Source: Flectonema sp. DT1601 (taxonomy: Eukaryota). Taken from it: DNA of 64,000 nt. Shown one piece after another: positions 25,868 through 38,220 of the stretch. The DNA is taken from NCBI GenBank assembly GCA_964019425.1, contig OZ025792.1, forward strand, positions 124,001-188,000, in the 5' to 3' direction. Position 1 is the first letter of the stretch. The number at the start of each line of letters is the position of its first letter. The notes beneath the pieces were generated by a model. That model worked only from the letters and a program-made list of their open reading frames with translations, had not been told where the DNA came from and did not search any database. The translations under genes were made by a program, and so were the position numbers.

Positions 25868-26533
25868 CTATTTAACCATCCTCCATAGTTTTAATCTTCT
25901 TTTGTAAATTACAGCTGTTTTCATCGGACGGATGATGTTGTAGGCGAACACGTGAGGAGGTGTTATAATACCAACTTCAAAATTCTTATCAAAATGGAAA
26001 TGGTCGATATTTTCATCCCGAGCAATTGCATCAGCAGTTTCTTCATAATCGAGTCTCTGCATTGCTTGAATTACTTCGGAGTAGTTAGCACCTGACCATT
26101 CCTGAACTAGACGAGTATTACCACTGTTGTAATGAATAACATATTCAGGTGGAATGTATTTGTTAGTCGTTTCAATTGTTATAACTGTTTTTGGATTTGA
26201 TTCCCTACAATCTGGAGACATTAGGTATTCAAGAATCTTTTGAACATTTCCATTAATACTTTCATCACCACCCACTAAGAAAGGACAATATCTTACAGTC
26301 AATTCCTTTACGTGTCGTAATGTCATTCTTGATGTGCATATGCGGGGTACGTATGGTCTTGTTCTAACATATCCTTTGTCTGTGGGTTGTGTTGGTCTTA
26401 GTTCCGGTGTTAGCCACAGCCACCAATCTATATCCGTACCCTGATTTCTCAATGGAACAGCTTCTCCATGAGGTCCTTGCGCCTTGTCAAAGACAATCAT
26501 CGGGTAGAGAGAACGAACTGTCCGCCTCATCAT
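25868..26533 (-). CDS. Mitochondrial ribosomal protein mL53-like
   Basis: LRHVKELTVRYCPF...LEYLMSPDCRESNPKTVI...PEYVIHYNSG matches the mL53 pattern. MMRRTVRSL looks like a presequence. Confidence 0.7.
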   Translation of the reverse strand: MMRRTVRSLYPMIVFDKAQGPHGEAVPLRNQGTDIDWWLWLTPELRPTQPTDKGYVRTRPYVPRICTSRMTLRHVKELTVRYCPFLVGGDESINGNVQKILEYLMSPDCRESNPKTVITIETTNKYIPPEYVIHYNSGNTRLVQEWSGANYSEVIQAMQRLDYEETADAIARDENIDHFHFDKNFEVGIITPPHVFAYNIIRPMKTAVIYKRRLKLWRMVK

Positions 26534-29280
26534 CTTTACTTTATGTGAACTGAAAAAAGTTGTTGAAATTAGATATTCAAGAAGTTTTCTACAAGGCAAA
26601 TCAACCAAAAACACCAACTGAAAAGCAACAGAACAGGGTAACTACAGCCGCTATTTATCAGTTAGGAAAGTAGATGCGTTACTGCATCTGAGGTGGGGAA
26701 TTATGCCAGCAATAGTTAGACAAATAAAGTTTGCCGCAAGGAGTCAGTCACAAAGCTTTGCGAGGATAGCTGAAAGACCCAACTTGTTACCTTCCTCTCG
26801 GATGAACCGAGAAAAGAACAAATATAAAAAAAATAAAAATAAAAACAACAGAATAAAGGGGTACGTGGCACAACAACTATCTACTAGTAATTGCTACTGT
26901 GTGCCACCACCTTCTTCAGAAATGGTGAGAATGAGAATGTGACGCAGTATATTCTCGGTGGGAATTGATAGAGATTCATTTTGATTTCTTGTTTCTTCTT
27001 TCTTTTCTATTCATTACTCTTTATAATTATTTTTTTTTTTTTATATAAGTAACTTTCTCCCTTTTTTTTTCTTTTTTTCATTCATTCTTTCAAAAAATTA
27101 GTTATTATTACTTCTGTTTTTCTTTTTTCCCCGTTCCCTCACAACAAAAAAGAAAGAACTACAACACTCTAGTTAGAAAGAAAGGTAGATAGATAAAAGG
27201 AGAACATAATTGAATTTGGGCTTACTTTTTTGCAGTTTACCGAGAGCTGCAATGGCCATAAAGATCTCATCAAAACAGATAATTCACACATGCAGGTTTT
27301 AAGGTAGGCTGTATGAATACATTCGACTGCCTTTTTACAATACCAAAATAGTAACTAACATTGTGCATGACATTTTTTTTTCCCCTTCCTTTTGTTTCCT
27401 ACTTCACACGCACAGATAATCAACTCTAAAAAAAGAAAAAAAAAAAAGAAGAAGAAAAAAAAAAACCCTTTCAGGTAAGCCTCACACTTGCAATAATACT
27501 GACACAGTAAATTAGATAACATAAAAAAATAATTAAACGGCTCTTTAATCTGAATAGTCTCTTGATCTTCACCCGACATAATAGTTATTGCTGGTTATAT
27601 AGTTATATAATCCAACGTTTACTGTATAGACTATGGTCGGAGGGGAAAAAAAAAAAAAAAAACCATTATAAATTAATTTAAACACCAAGACTGCACTTTT
27701 AGAACAACTTTTTCCAGCAATAAAAAGAAAAGCAGAAGTAATCATTCGTGAGGAGTCCTACATTTTTTTTTCAACGAATCATAATATTATAATCAAGGGT
27801 CTGGGTTTGCGGGGGGAAAGTAATCACACACATAATTTAACCAGAAGTAGAGTACATTCTTTAGATGATAGCACGGTAGCAAAGAGGAAACAAGCAAGAA
27901 ATAAGAAAGGGAAAATGTTTTCCCCAGCAACAAGTAACGAGATTGAAGTGACCAGTAGTTTTCCCCTCTAAATACAACAATTAGAAGTTGCTGATGTAGA
28001 GTTCGTACTGTTGATCACAATTCGCATCTACGCTAAGAAAATAAGTTGGTCAACGGTCAGCCAGAAACTTCTTTATTTAGTTTTTTTTTTGGGAAAATTT
28101 CAACCCTTACACCACCGTAAGAAAGTCGGTTTTTGAACCTTTACAATTTTAATTTTGGAGAATAGGCCCCACAGAAGGTACAATGTGATATTATGAACAC
28201 CCCATCACCCACGTTAGAAATCACACATCTACAACACCTACCCAAATCATCACTAGCAGAATACACAATGGGGGGAAAGCAGTGTTTTGAGACACCATAG
28301 TTCATGTAGACACGTTCTGTTATAAACTGGAAGCATATTTTCATCTCCGACACTGTACGAGATGAAGTATCAGAAAAGGTCTCCACTATCACTACGTACC
28401 TTTTTTTAAATGATCAGATTGGTTGAAATGCGACCGCCCATCCGACGATTTTGCACGAACAAATTTCGTAGCATTTTCATAGAGGAGTTTTTGGCCCCTC
28501 GTTGCGTGTTAACCTTGATTTATTTATCCAAGTCCCCCCTTGCAAGCAATAGTTTTTCAGTAACTATTGCTTTGCTGTGTAGCATGCAGTCCCATAATGT
28601 CCATTGAGCCCTCCTGTGATTTCGTTGTACTAAGTATGTAAATAATAAAAGACTTAGACGAGAATTCTTTTTTTTTTTCAAGCTGATAAATCAGCCCCGG
28701 TGGTGTAAGGATTAATGACTAATTTGGGTGCAATTAATTTACTCATCTCCAAAAAACTAAATTACGAGAAGGCTCGCGAAGACGGGCTCGCACTGTCAAC
28801 CGTCTTCTCTTTTTTTTTTTTTTTTTTTTAAAAAAGTGAAGTATTGAGGGAATAATAAATAAATGAAATTACACGCACGTCCCCGCACTTTTCACGGAAA
28901 CCATACGATATGAAAGCTTAAAAGGGACGAAAAACTTGTTGAAAAGACGAAAAAAAAAAAAAAAAAAAAAAAAGAAGACCTGCTCTATGTTTGGGGGAAT
29001 ACATTTATTTTATTGAAGCGATCCGATGTTCGATTGTTGCCGTATGAGACCTAACAAAACTACAATCAAGGAACTCAGAGAGATAAATTAATTTCCGTCA
29101 TTATAACTCTGATACAGAAGCGCAATAGCCAACTCCTTGACTAGCTCTGTTTTGACCTCTTGCGGCACTCTTTTTTTTTGGAACTAAATCTGAAGTTTGA
29201 CCGAAGAATTCAATCAGCAACATTTCCAATTCAACAAAAAAAGAAAAAAAATAACAGGAACGGGACCAACACAACAACCA

Positions 29281-30051
29281 TCAGCAGATTAACCAACGCA
29301 GTCCTTTATTCATTGGAATCCTCCATGAGTTTCCATAGGTTTCCTGAAGTATGAGTTCTGGTTTTCTTGGGTAGTATGCGACCTGTCCAAGAAATTCCCC
29401 TTTTTGAATAGGATAAACGTTATTTTTGTGTTGGCATCCTCCCATTTCGAACTCAGCTTTAACAGTTCCGTGGTTACAACAAACCAAATCTCTCTGGGTA
29501 TTTGGTGATTCAGGGTCAGAAAATTTTGGAATCAACAATTCAGGATACTTACTAAACTCCTCAGGAGTGATCGTGCGAAAATCATAAATATCAGCGAAGT
29601 AACCCGACCCATCACTTGCATATAATCTACCACACGGAGCATGAAGATATGGTGACGCAAATTTTATTTGCTTTTCAGTAGTATCGTAAGTTATCTTTCT
29701 CTTTGACTCAATGTAGTCACTTTGATTGTAATATTTGAGACCGTGTTTAGCGAATACGTGTCGTATTTTGTCTAAGTCAGCACATGAGACCACCGCGATG
29801 TCGATATCATATTCTTGAACGAGAAGGTTATTCTCTCTAATCGATCCAAGAAGAGTTCCGTATGAGAGGTACCAAGTTACACCATGCTCATTTAAAGCTT
29901 TGACAATCTTTTTATAAGTTTTTACATTGTGCTCTCGCATTCCGAAGCAATAGTCGTTCCGCTTGTAGAACCCGAATATGAAGAAGATAACTAGAAAAGC
30001 AACCATTACTTTCCTCTTGTTAATACGAACATCTCGACTAGTCGCGAACAT
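29281..30051 (-). CDS. LicD/fukutin-family nucleotidyltransferase-fold protein, type II membrane
   Basis: WYLSYGTLLGSIRENNLLVQEYDIDIAV, ADIY and PELILQETYGNSWRIP, with an N-terminal TM anchor. Confidence 0.9.
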   Translation of the reverse strand: MFATSRDVRINKRKVMVAFLVIFFIFGFYKRNDYCFGMREHNVKTYKKIVKALNEHGVTWYLSYGTLLGSIRENNLLVQEYDIDIAVVSCADLDKIRHVFAKHGLKYYNQSDYIESKRKITYDTTEKQIKFASPYLHAPCGRLYASDGSGYFADIYDFRTITPEEFSKYPELLIPKFSDPESPNTQRDLVCCNHGTVKAEFEMGGCQHKNNVYPIQKGEFLGQVAYYPRKPELILQETYGNSWRIPMNKGLRWLIC

Positions 30052-30776
30052 ATTGTTTAATATAACGTGGACACTGAGGAATAGAAAATTATTTTTAACA
30101 ATAAAAAAAAAAAAAAAACTCGTCTTAACGATCAATCCTTTTTACGACAGCGGTCTTCATAGAGAGATTTCAACTAGTGAATTTTGATATGCTTACAGGC
30201 CATAAGAAAAATTGATTATTCTGCACAGTCTCCCGATAAAAGAAGACATATTGAGCCATTTGAATAACCCTTTTCCTTCTTTTTGTTTTTATCTTTTATT
30301 TATTTTTATATTATGTTTCTCCATCCTCTTTTTTTTTCCTTCTTTTCTTTCTTCCGACTCTAGGTAAACATACCGAGAGCAGCTAATAACAAAACGGCTA
30401 GTCAGACAAAACGAAGCCTTACTGCTCAGTAATTATGAACTGAAAAAAAAAAAAAAAAAAAAGAAAGGAGAATAAAAAGACATTTACGAGCCCTGTTTGT
30501 CCTTGCTAACAAAACGCGTAACCGAAAAGAAACATAACGTATATTTCACTCTGTTTTTTTAGAGTAAATAGTATCGACAATTGTAGGTCTCTCGAAGTTG
30601 GTTTATTATATAAAAAAATAGAACAGAAAAAGACATATGCAGGATCTATTTTGCTTTGATATAATTAATTTCTTACTATAGCGATTCGATAAATTGCTTT
30701 GAAATAAAACACTCCGGTGTGTGTGTGTAGGCAATTGGGGGATAGGGATATATATTTTTTTTTATTTGACGAATGC

Positions 30777-32015
30777 TTATGCTCCCAACAATTCTTTTGT
30801 AAATATAGGGAAATCGTCAGTAAAGTCTTCGTTTGATGAGTCCCTTTTAAGTCGACTGAGACCTTCCTCCTTTGTGGCCATCAGTGATGCCACTTCTGCT
30901 TGAATATTTCGAAGTCGGTGATTCTCGACATTTGATTCTGACTTTGCGTTACTCGTAGTAGAGCTGTTGAGACAGCCTTCTAAGTCACCTCCCGTTAGTT
31001 TACTCATAGTTGAGGCAAGGGAAGGAATATCACCACTTTTCTTTAACACATTGTCAAGGAGTAGAGCATCTTGCTTTTCTTGAATTTCAAGTCGCTCTGC
31101 GTCTTTTTTAGCCCATTCTTCCATCGCACGTAATTCTATTTCGTACTGGTTTTCGCATTTTTGATTTGGTAGTTCTCCAAAGACATGTCGATAGCGGTCG
31201 TTATCTTTTAAGTATCTGGGTAGTGAATTTAAATTGTTAATAACAGCCTTGTGAGTAAGAACCTTACCGGCATTGTATCTAAGAGTTGGTTTCTTGACTA
31301 GTAAGTGAGAAACTAAATTCTTAACGTCTTCAGAAATATTCTCTCCCAGAGGTTCGTACTTTGCAGCACATATGTTAAGTCCCATCTGAAGGACGGATTT
31401 TGCTTCGAATGCCCTTCGTAGTGTAAGCATTTCATAAAGGCAGCATCCAGCAGCCCAGAGATCAGCTTTATTATTGTAAGGCTGCTCTTCGCATACTTCA
31501 GGTGATAAATAATGAATAGTTCCACAAAAGGTTTTAACCATGTTTTGAGTAGCTTTTAGAACGGTAGCAACACCAAAGTCACCAAGAGTCACAACCATAC
31601 CACGTGACAGGAAGATGTTTGCAGGTTTCAAATCTCGGTGTAATATTTTATTCGCATGGAGGTATTTTAATGCCATACAAACCTGAGTTGATACAGACAT
31701 GGCTTCATCTTCTGTTATATGTTTTTTATTATTAACTCTACTTCTTATAAAAAGGTGTAGATCACCCTCTTCTGCATACTCAGTCACAATACATATCGAA
31801 GACTGATCTTCGAATGACTCAATGTATCGAATGACATTTGGATGTTCTAAACTTCCAAGAATTCTAATTTCAGTTAACGCACTCGCCTGTTCCTTCTTAG
31901 ATAAGGAAGTTATAAACTTAATCACTACTTCCTTTCCATCAGTCTTACGAGTGCAAAGCCTTGCTAAACCAAAACTACCTTTTCCAAGAATCTCATTCTC
32001 TTCGTAGTTATTCAT
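30777..32015 (-). CDS. NIMA-related (NEK) Ser/Thr protein kinase
   Basis: GKGSFG, HPNVIRYIESF, HRDLKPANIFL, LGDFG, GTIHYLSPE and PYNNKADLW. Confidence 0.95.
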   Translation of the reverse strand: MNNYEENEILGKGSFGLARLCTRKTDGKEVVIKFITSLSKKEQASALTEIRILGSLEHPNVIRYIESFEDQSSICIVTEYAEEGDLHLFIRSRVNNKKHITEDEAMSVSTQVCMALKYLHANKILHRDLKPANIFLSRGMVVTLGDFGVATVLKATQNMVKTFCGTIHYLSPEVCEEQPYNNKADLWAAGCCLYEMLTLRRAFEAKSVLQMGLNICAAKYEPLGENISEDVKNLVSHLLVKKPTLRYNAGKVLTHKAVINNLNSLPRYLKDNDRYRHVFGELPNQKCENQYEIELRAMEEWAKKDAERLEIQEKQDALLLDNVLKKSGDIPSLASTMSKLTGGDLEGCLNSSTTSNAKSESNVENHRLRNIQAEVASLMATKEEGLSRLKRDSSNEDFTDDFPIFTKELLGA

Positions 32016-32180
32016 AATGAGTACTTCCCCAGCAATCGATATCCGTTACTAAATTAGAATCTTCATTTACTGTTGTAAAGTTTTAAAGTAACATAATATA
32101 ATTAACATAAAGCAATAACAACAATACAAGAGTAAATCAGTAGCAAGGCTAGGGATGAATTATCGTCTACAGTGTTGGCT

Positions 32181-32278
32181 ACGACAACTGTTATTATCTT
32201 TTAATCGCTTCATTCCAAGGAATAAACGACAACTGTTATTATCTTTTAATCGCTTCATTCCAAGGAATAAACGACAAC
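32181..32278. repeat. 45-bp perfect tandem duplication overlapping the stop of the 32239-32898 ORF
   Basis: ACGACAACTGTTATTATCTTTTAATCGCTTCATTCCAAGGAATAA occurs at 32181 and 32226, followed by ACGACAAC. Confidence 0.95.
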
Positions 32279-32898
32279 AATTCAATGACAAGATCAAAAT
32301 ACAAGAACTCTCCATGTCGTTTTACAAACCCCGCAAGAATCGTACAAACAGACCTACGAACAATAAAAGGTAATTCACGATGAAGGGAAGTACTATAAGG
32401 AAGAAGGCAAGCATAAGCAGCTACAGATTGCGGAATAGAAGAATCACGTTGAGTGATAATTCTCATCGCTGTGTGAGACAAACAACTCTGTACTGACCAT
32501 GATGAAGGAGATGCAGAAAAAATATCAAGAACATAACAACAAATCTTTCCCAATACTTCTTCTGTGCAACCGCTAACAAATAATCCTCTCACATAACCAC
32601 CTTCATCTACACAAGGGTGTAGTAAATAATGGCTACAACATCTAACAGAAGGCACTGCGAACTTACGAAGTAATTCAACGTTAAATTGAACACATCCTAG
32701 GTCATCATACATACCACCGAGACCGGTGCAGGTTATATGTAGTCGAATTCCTTTTTTTGTTTTCGTAGCAATCGCTCTGTGAGATATTTTTAAGACGTTG
32801 CTAACGTTCTGCCATATCATTTCCATTTCTTTCTTTTTTGTTGTTTGGGCTTTTGCTTGTCGGAGTTCAGCCGCCCGTACCCTCGCAGTGCACCTCAT
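32239..32898 (-). CDS. Hypothetical protein
   Basis: 219-aa ATG-initiated ORF on the cluster strand with an upstream ttccattcttctaatcag acceptor. No family recognised. Confidence 0.6.
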   Translation of the reverse strand: MRCTARVRAAELRQAKAQTTKKKEMEMIWQNVSNVLKISHRAIATKTKKGIRLHITCTGLGGMYDDLGCVQFNVELLRKFAVPSVRCCSHYLLHPCVDEGGYVRGLFVSGCTEEVLGKICCYVLDIFSASPSSWSVQSCLSHTAMRIITQRDSSIPQSVAAYACLLPYSTSLHRELPFIVRRSVCTILAGFVKRHGEFLYFDLVIELLSFIPWNEAIKR

Positions 32899-33062
32899 GT
32901 TGTAAATTATGAACCCAACAACCTGATTAGAAGAATGGAATCATGAATTGTTTATTGCGTTCGGGATTGACAACTGTAACGGTGTGGACACCACGTGCTA
33001 AGTGCTGTAAGGTATTTCGGATAAACATATAGAGTGCAAGTCACTCTCATCAAATGGATGTC

Positions 33063-33788
33063 TCAGCCTGTTTTCATTCTCTTAGCCCTCGCTTTTGGGT
33101 TTGGTCTCTTACCAGCTCTAATGTCGCGATGTCTCTTTAGATCATCAACCGACTCCGATACTCGAACATTGCTGTCGAATGCGTAGCTGCATTGCTCTAC
33201 AACCCTGTCGTGGTATTCACCAAATGAACCCATCCAGATTGAGTAAAACGGTGAATCATTATAACCCGTCCCTTCAGGATGAGTAAATGAATAAGTACTA
33301 TTTGGTACTAAGAATATTGATTGTATCTTTCCACAGCGGCTGTCAAAATAATTCTTACTAGCGCAATAGCCAGGGAGGAGGACCAGCCAAGGTTTTTTAG
33401 ATGCAACACAGTACTCCAAACACCAGTCTTTATGCTCACCTGAGAAGGGCGGGTTTGTTATAATAACGTCGTGAGGTTTCTCATTTTGATCTTTCCATGT
33501 TTGGTAACAGTCAAGGTTGTCGTTAATGCATTCGGGGAAACCAGAATCTGCCCATGTCTTTTTTATCGCACCAGCACAGTAGTACGGGTCGTAAATTTTT
33601 AGTTTTTTTCCTTCAATACCCATGGCATCTGCCAATGCGTCAATGACGTGTTTTATATCAGCTACGGCTGATTTATTCGTCTCGAAATGATCTCCGTAGT
33701 CTGTTTGAAACGGATGCCAAGGTATACCTCCATTGTGTGCTTTAACGTCGTCGATATAGACTATATTCTCTCGGTGGGTTTTTGGCAT
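33063..33788 (-). CDS. SAM-dependent amino-methyltransferase-like protein (NPPF motif)
   Basis: Motif I-like IYDPYYCAG and motif IV DVIITNPPFSG. Basic C-terminal tail GKRPNPKARAKR. Confidence 0.7.
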   Translation of the reverse strand: MPKTHRENIVYIDDVKAHNGGIPWHPFQTDYGDHFETNKSAVADIKHVIDALADAMGIEGKKLKIYDPYYCAGAIKKTWADSGFPECINDNLDCYQTWKDQNEKPHDVIITNPPFSGEHKDWCLEYCVASKKPWLVLLPGYCASKNYFDSRCGKIQSIFLVPNSTYSFTHPEGTGYNDSPFYSIWMGSFGEYHDRVVEQCSYAFDSNVRVSESVDDLKRHRDIRAGKRPNPKARAKRMKTG

Positions 33789-34436
33789 TTTTTTGTTTTT
33801 GTTTTAAATAAACCCCCCCCTTGATAAAATGATTGAAAAAGACATTATAAAATAATCAATAACAAAGTTACGTGTGAAGTTCGAGATTACCAATGAAAAG
33901 TGTGCAGACCTTTAAAGGCGACAAATTTGCTTTTTCTTTTTTTTAATTTTTTTTTTTTTTTTTTTTTAATTGCAATAACCATGCACATAACTAGCTGACT
34001 ACGGACTGTTTAACAAATTACTCTTTTCGGGAATTGCACACTAGCTGCGTTAAGACCGAGATTGCAGGTCCCAGTTGCTTATTCTGGTTAGATTGATGTT
34101 CTGACTTTGATGTGTTCGTTAAGTTGTTATCTTTTATTATTTTCTTTTGTGTTGTATTTATTCGGGTTTTTTTTTTTTTTTTTTTTTTATATAAATTTTT
34201 TTGGGTTTTTTTTTTTTTACTTGCATATTTTTTCTACCTGCTCACAAGCTTCCCTTGTGTTGACTTCTTGAGTCTGGAAAAATCTCTTTTATCAAATAAT
34301 TTGAGATATTTATTGCTGCTGTGTGTTGATACTCGGACCAACGCAGCTATGACCTGCTACGACGTTCGGTTTGTCATACTTTACTGCATCATAACTCCCG
34401 CTGCTACATTTGCCTCCAAAGTTACCAAACTGCCTC

Positions 34437-35468
34437 TTATTTGGAACTCTTCTTCTTCGACTCCTTCACCTTCTTCTCTGCTGCCCGTTGCTCTGGACTC
34501 TTGCGTTCCTGCACTGTTAGGCGCTGTCCTCCAAAAGAAATCTGTGGTTTTATTGTTTTCTTTATTCTTTATTTGAGTACAAATATAATATTAAAAGCTG
34601 TACATACCGCCTTGTCAGCTACGGCAGCTTGAACAGCTGACTTGTCTTCGAAGTCGATAAAGCAGTATGTTCCTTTGTAAGTTTTACCCATAATACGACC
34701 GTATTTAGAAAATAACTTATCAATATCAGCTTCTGTCATTTCAGTTGGTAAGTGGTTTACAAAGAGTGCAGCATATTGGTACATTTCGGTTGGTGATTTC
34801 GAGCGTTTCTTGGATTTTTCAACAGGGGGTTCTTTTTTTTCTTTCGTTTTTGTCTGCTGTTCAGTCTCAGTAGTGGTACCCGATGTTCCTCCGATAACTC
34901 GCTGGGGAGCAGCAGCAGGTGTTGAGGCTGTGCTGGATTTGAATTTCTCCGCCCAAGACATGGCTGCAGGCTTCTTCTCTTCGGCAGATTCCCTTTCTGG
35001 TTCTGGTTCTGATTTCACTGCTGCCTTTGAAGTGTTTCCACCTGATGTCGTATTTGAGTTCGCACCTCTTCCGCTTGCCTGAGTCTCTTCTTCGTCTTTT
35101 CCTCTGTTTTCGAGAAAATCATTTATGATGTAGTAAGAGTTCTCATTTTCATTCTTCGCAAGTACAAATGTTCGGCTGAACTTCGTTGCTTCCTTTCTCG
35201 TTAGTTGAACTCCCTTAACAATAATTAAAACAGAGTCGCGATGTGATGGTTGAAACTTTGCATCTGTGAGGGAGAACTTTGCACCACTTGGAAGTCCTCG
35301 ATAGTGCTTTGCAATCTGGTCTGTTCCCATTAGCGTCCCTGAGTCGTCTGTGTATGAACTTTCAACAGAATACATCTGATGCACATTGTGAGGCTCTGCA
35401 GCTAAACACCCGAAAAATTCTTTAATAAAACGAACGCCTATCTGAAGCGCTTGATTCTTCCTATCCAT
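34437..35468 (-). CDS. G3BP/Rasputin-like NTF2 + RRM protein; exons 35468-34608 and 34541-34437
   Basis: NTF2 domain (IGVRFIKEFF, FSRTFVLA, YYIIND), SWAE motif and RRM (LFVNHLP, YCFIDFED). A 66-nt intron at 34542-34607 restores the last RRM strand ISFGGQRLTVQERK. Confidence 0.9.
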
Positions 35469-36235
35469 TTTACACAACGAGTACCTGAAACAAAAAGAAC
35501 AACATAAGAACTCTACATCAAAGCCTTATAAACACAAGTACACCTAAGCTTGTTATGAACTGATGTATTTATCTCAGAGTTGGGAGGCTTTGTTTACCTC
35601 ATCTCAGTCGAATTTAAAGAAAGGGAAAATAATAAATTGAGAACTCGTCTTTTCAGAGTTAGAAAATCAAACAAATTGAGTACTGTCGCGTGTAGTAGTG
35701 TCTGATAGAATCTAAGCTGACACAGAAAAGCAAGAGAACTACCTGCATGTGTCTTCTTACCGAACGTTATTTGAAACAAAAAAAAAAAAAAAATGGAAAA
35801 TTAGATAAGTCAACAAAATTGAACTGCATATGAGAAAGAAGCCAACAGCAATGAGTTACCCAGGGCTGTTATAGTAAGAAAATAAGAATACGTTTTTTTC
35901 TTTCTGTACGCAACAGTAAAAATAATATTTTTCTTGTGTGCTTATCACACAGTGTGTATTAATACTTTTCTAACGTTTTTTATATGAAATGGAATAGAAT
36001 AACAACAACAAAGAAAAGAATTGCAATGCCAATACTAAAATGAAAATCGACAATCGAAAAGAGGTTTTAAAAAAGAAAAGGAATATAAAACAATTCGACT
36101 TTAACTTAAAGCTACACAGAAGGTTGATATTTTGCTTGTGCACGAAACCATGAACCGACTTAAACTGATAAAGCTTAAGGAGGTTTACGTGTATTGTAAT
36201 TTACTACTTTTTCGTTCATAGGATGCTTGTTAAAT

Positions 36236-36269
<34 letters not shown>

Positions 36270-36696
36270 TCATAAGTAAGTGCAGCAACACAGGAGGGAG
36301 ATACAGGTCAATCCTCCTGTTTCGCTATGTCTATAGAAGTTCAGGATTTTTTTCTTTCTTTTTAGATTATTAAATGATATTTATTTAAATTACGTATAAC
36401 TGACCACAACGAAACATAAAACTCACAATCGGAGGATGTGAGCGGGAGGGGCGTCTCAATAATGTAATTAAAAATAACCTGAAACAGCTAAACTGAAATA
36501 GGGTCAAAGTCCGGCTAAAACTGGTAGCCATACGTGCCGCCGAATATGGATTCAGAGGCCACGTAGCGCCCCATGACTATGAGTATTTTACCTACTAACA
36601 AGAAACGTTCTCCAAATCTGTATCTAACAGGCTTGATGTAGCTTCACTACCCAGAGTGGGGTACTAACAACAACTTATATAAATTACTGTTTTCGT

Positions 36697-38220
36697 CTAG
36701 TCTAGTGGCAGGTCACTCGGCATACTTTTTGGGGTGATTATAAATATTTTAACATCAACTTGACTAGAGCTCGTGGAGTTCTGTTTTGATTTTATTTTTC
36801 CATTTTTTAAACAAAAAGAGTAACCCCCTTCACACACACGTTGTACAATTATAAAACAACAAACCTGCAAGAGGACGAAATTCCTGTCGTACTCAATCGT
36901 GTCGTGGCGGGTACGCCAACCCCCTCCTATTTTTGCAGGTCCACAAGGACGACACATAAAGCATCGGATTAACCATCGAGCACAGCAAGGCGGTGGACTG
37001 TTGGAGACTGGAGAAGCAACAATCTGACGAAAACTGTCATCAGTACCGACTTTAAATACCCGAGAACCTAAGTGATAATGCAAATCTCCACCTACAAGTG
37101 TAACTTGTCTATTAGGGCTTTCAGTCTTCCAATTGTGAAGAAGGTCCAAATACGCTGCTTGTTCGGCGGCGTGAAGTCCAAATCCCATTTTATCAACCAA
37201 GGCAGGTATGCATGATAAACACTTACTACTTTTAGTTCCTAAATAAACTGGAGGAGTGCTGTGAACAACAATAAGAGAACTGACTGATGTTTCGTTAAGA
37301 GAATTTCGTAAGTATTTCCATTGGTTTTCTCCAAGCCACGCTCTGTTGGAATTCTTATCCTGAGGGATGCGACACCATGAACGACAACCTCTACAATCGA
37401 CAAGTAAAACACCTGTTTTATTAAGAGTTAGAAGAGTCGATTCACAACTTGGATTATAATTATTATTCATAAGTTCCCTGACATCGATATCATCCCACAG
37501 TTGTCTTTGATAGAGATAATATACTTTTCTTCCAATTAGACCACAGACGTGGATACGGTGACTCGTATCGTCATCGTGTTTAAAAGTACCCCAGTCATTT
37601 CTAATCTCATGATCGTCTAAAAGCATCACATGGCTAGCGTTAGCATAGCATTTAGCAACCCATTGTTTATTCCAAGTATCTCTATAAACCTTTTGATATG
37701 CTTGAATCATTTCTGTTTCCTTGGTTTCCGCATTAAGTCCTTGTTTCCATATTCTCTCACACTCATAGAAAGCATGGTCAGCATAAACCTGATCACCATT
37801 TCTAACAATTAGATCTATGTCACCGTTTTGGATGTATTCTTCAAACATTTTTTGAAACATATCAGTCTCTCCTCGTTTTATTGGTTTATCACAAGAGCAC
37901 ACAATTACTTTTATTGATGTGCTTTGTTCAGCTAATGTACAGAATGAACCATCCTTTGAAGTTCCTTGTATAACATATCGGTAATGGCATCCGGGTTGTA
38001 GGTTGTCAAGTTTATAGACAGATGGCATCTCAGCTTTGAAGTCTTTTGTAAATCGAAGTTTTTCTCCAAAACTACTCGTGACAAGTATTTTACCCTCAGT
38101 GTCATTTGCGTATTCGACAAGTATTCTCGCTGTTGTTGTAGTAACTCGTCCTACAACTGGTCCCACAAGAACTTCAACAGCTTTCTCAGACCTCCTATGG
38201 GATTGCATTTCTTGTTCCAT
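36697..38220 (-). CDS. Alkaline phosphatase D (PhoD) family metallophosphatase; probable in-frame intron 36781-36864
   Basis: GPVVGRVT, CSC, GDQVYAD, DDHEIRNDW, LGENQWKYL and GGDLH. The CAG|GTTTGT...AAAACAG segment is 84 nt. Confidence 0.88.
   Translation of the reverse strand: MEQEMQSHRRSEKAVEVLVGPVVGRVTTTTARILVEYANDTEGKILVTSSFGEKLRFTKDFKAEMPSVYKLDNLQPGCHYRYVIQGTSKDGSFCTLAEQSTSIKVIVCSCDKPIKRGETDMFQKMFEEYIQNGDIDLIVRNGDQVYADHAFYECERIWKQGLNAETKETEMIQAYQKVYRDTWNKQWVAKCYANASHVMLLDDHEIRNDWGTFKHDDDTSHRIHVCGLIGRKVYYLYQRQLWDDIDVRELMNNNYNPSCESTLLTLNKTGVLLVDCRGCRSWCRIPQDKNSNRAWLGENQWKYLRNSLNETSVSSLIVVHSTPPVYLGTKSSKCLSCIPALVDKMGFGLHAAEQAAYLDLLHNWKTESPNRQVTLVGGDLHYHLGSRVFKVGTDDSFRQIVASPVSNSPPPCCARWLIRCFMCRPCGPAKIGGGWRTRHDTIEYDRNFVLLQVCCFIIVQRVCEGGYSFCLKNGKIKSKQNSTSSSQVDVKIFIITPKSMPSDLPLD

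Noticed and set aside
26865..26907. GTGGCACA...TGTGCCAC inverted repeat
   Set aside because: Only 8 bp and no second copy seen.
28141..28392. Cys-rich 83-aa ORF (CCRC..CTFC) as a zinc finger
   Set aside because: Short, no convincing family pattern and no clear acceptor plus ATG context.
32181..32278. Possible CRISPR-like repeat
   Set aside because: Head-to-tail duplication with no spacers, no cas genes and a eukaryotic context.
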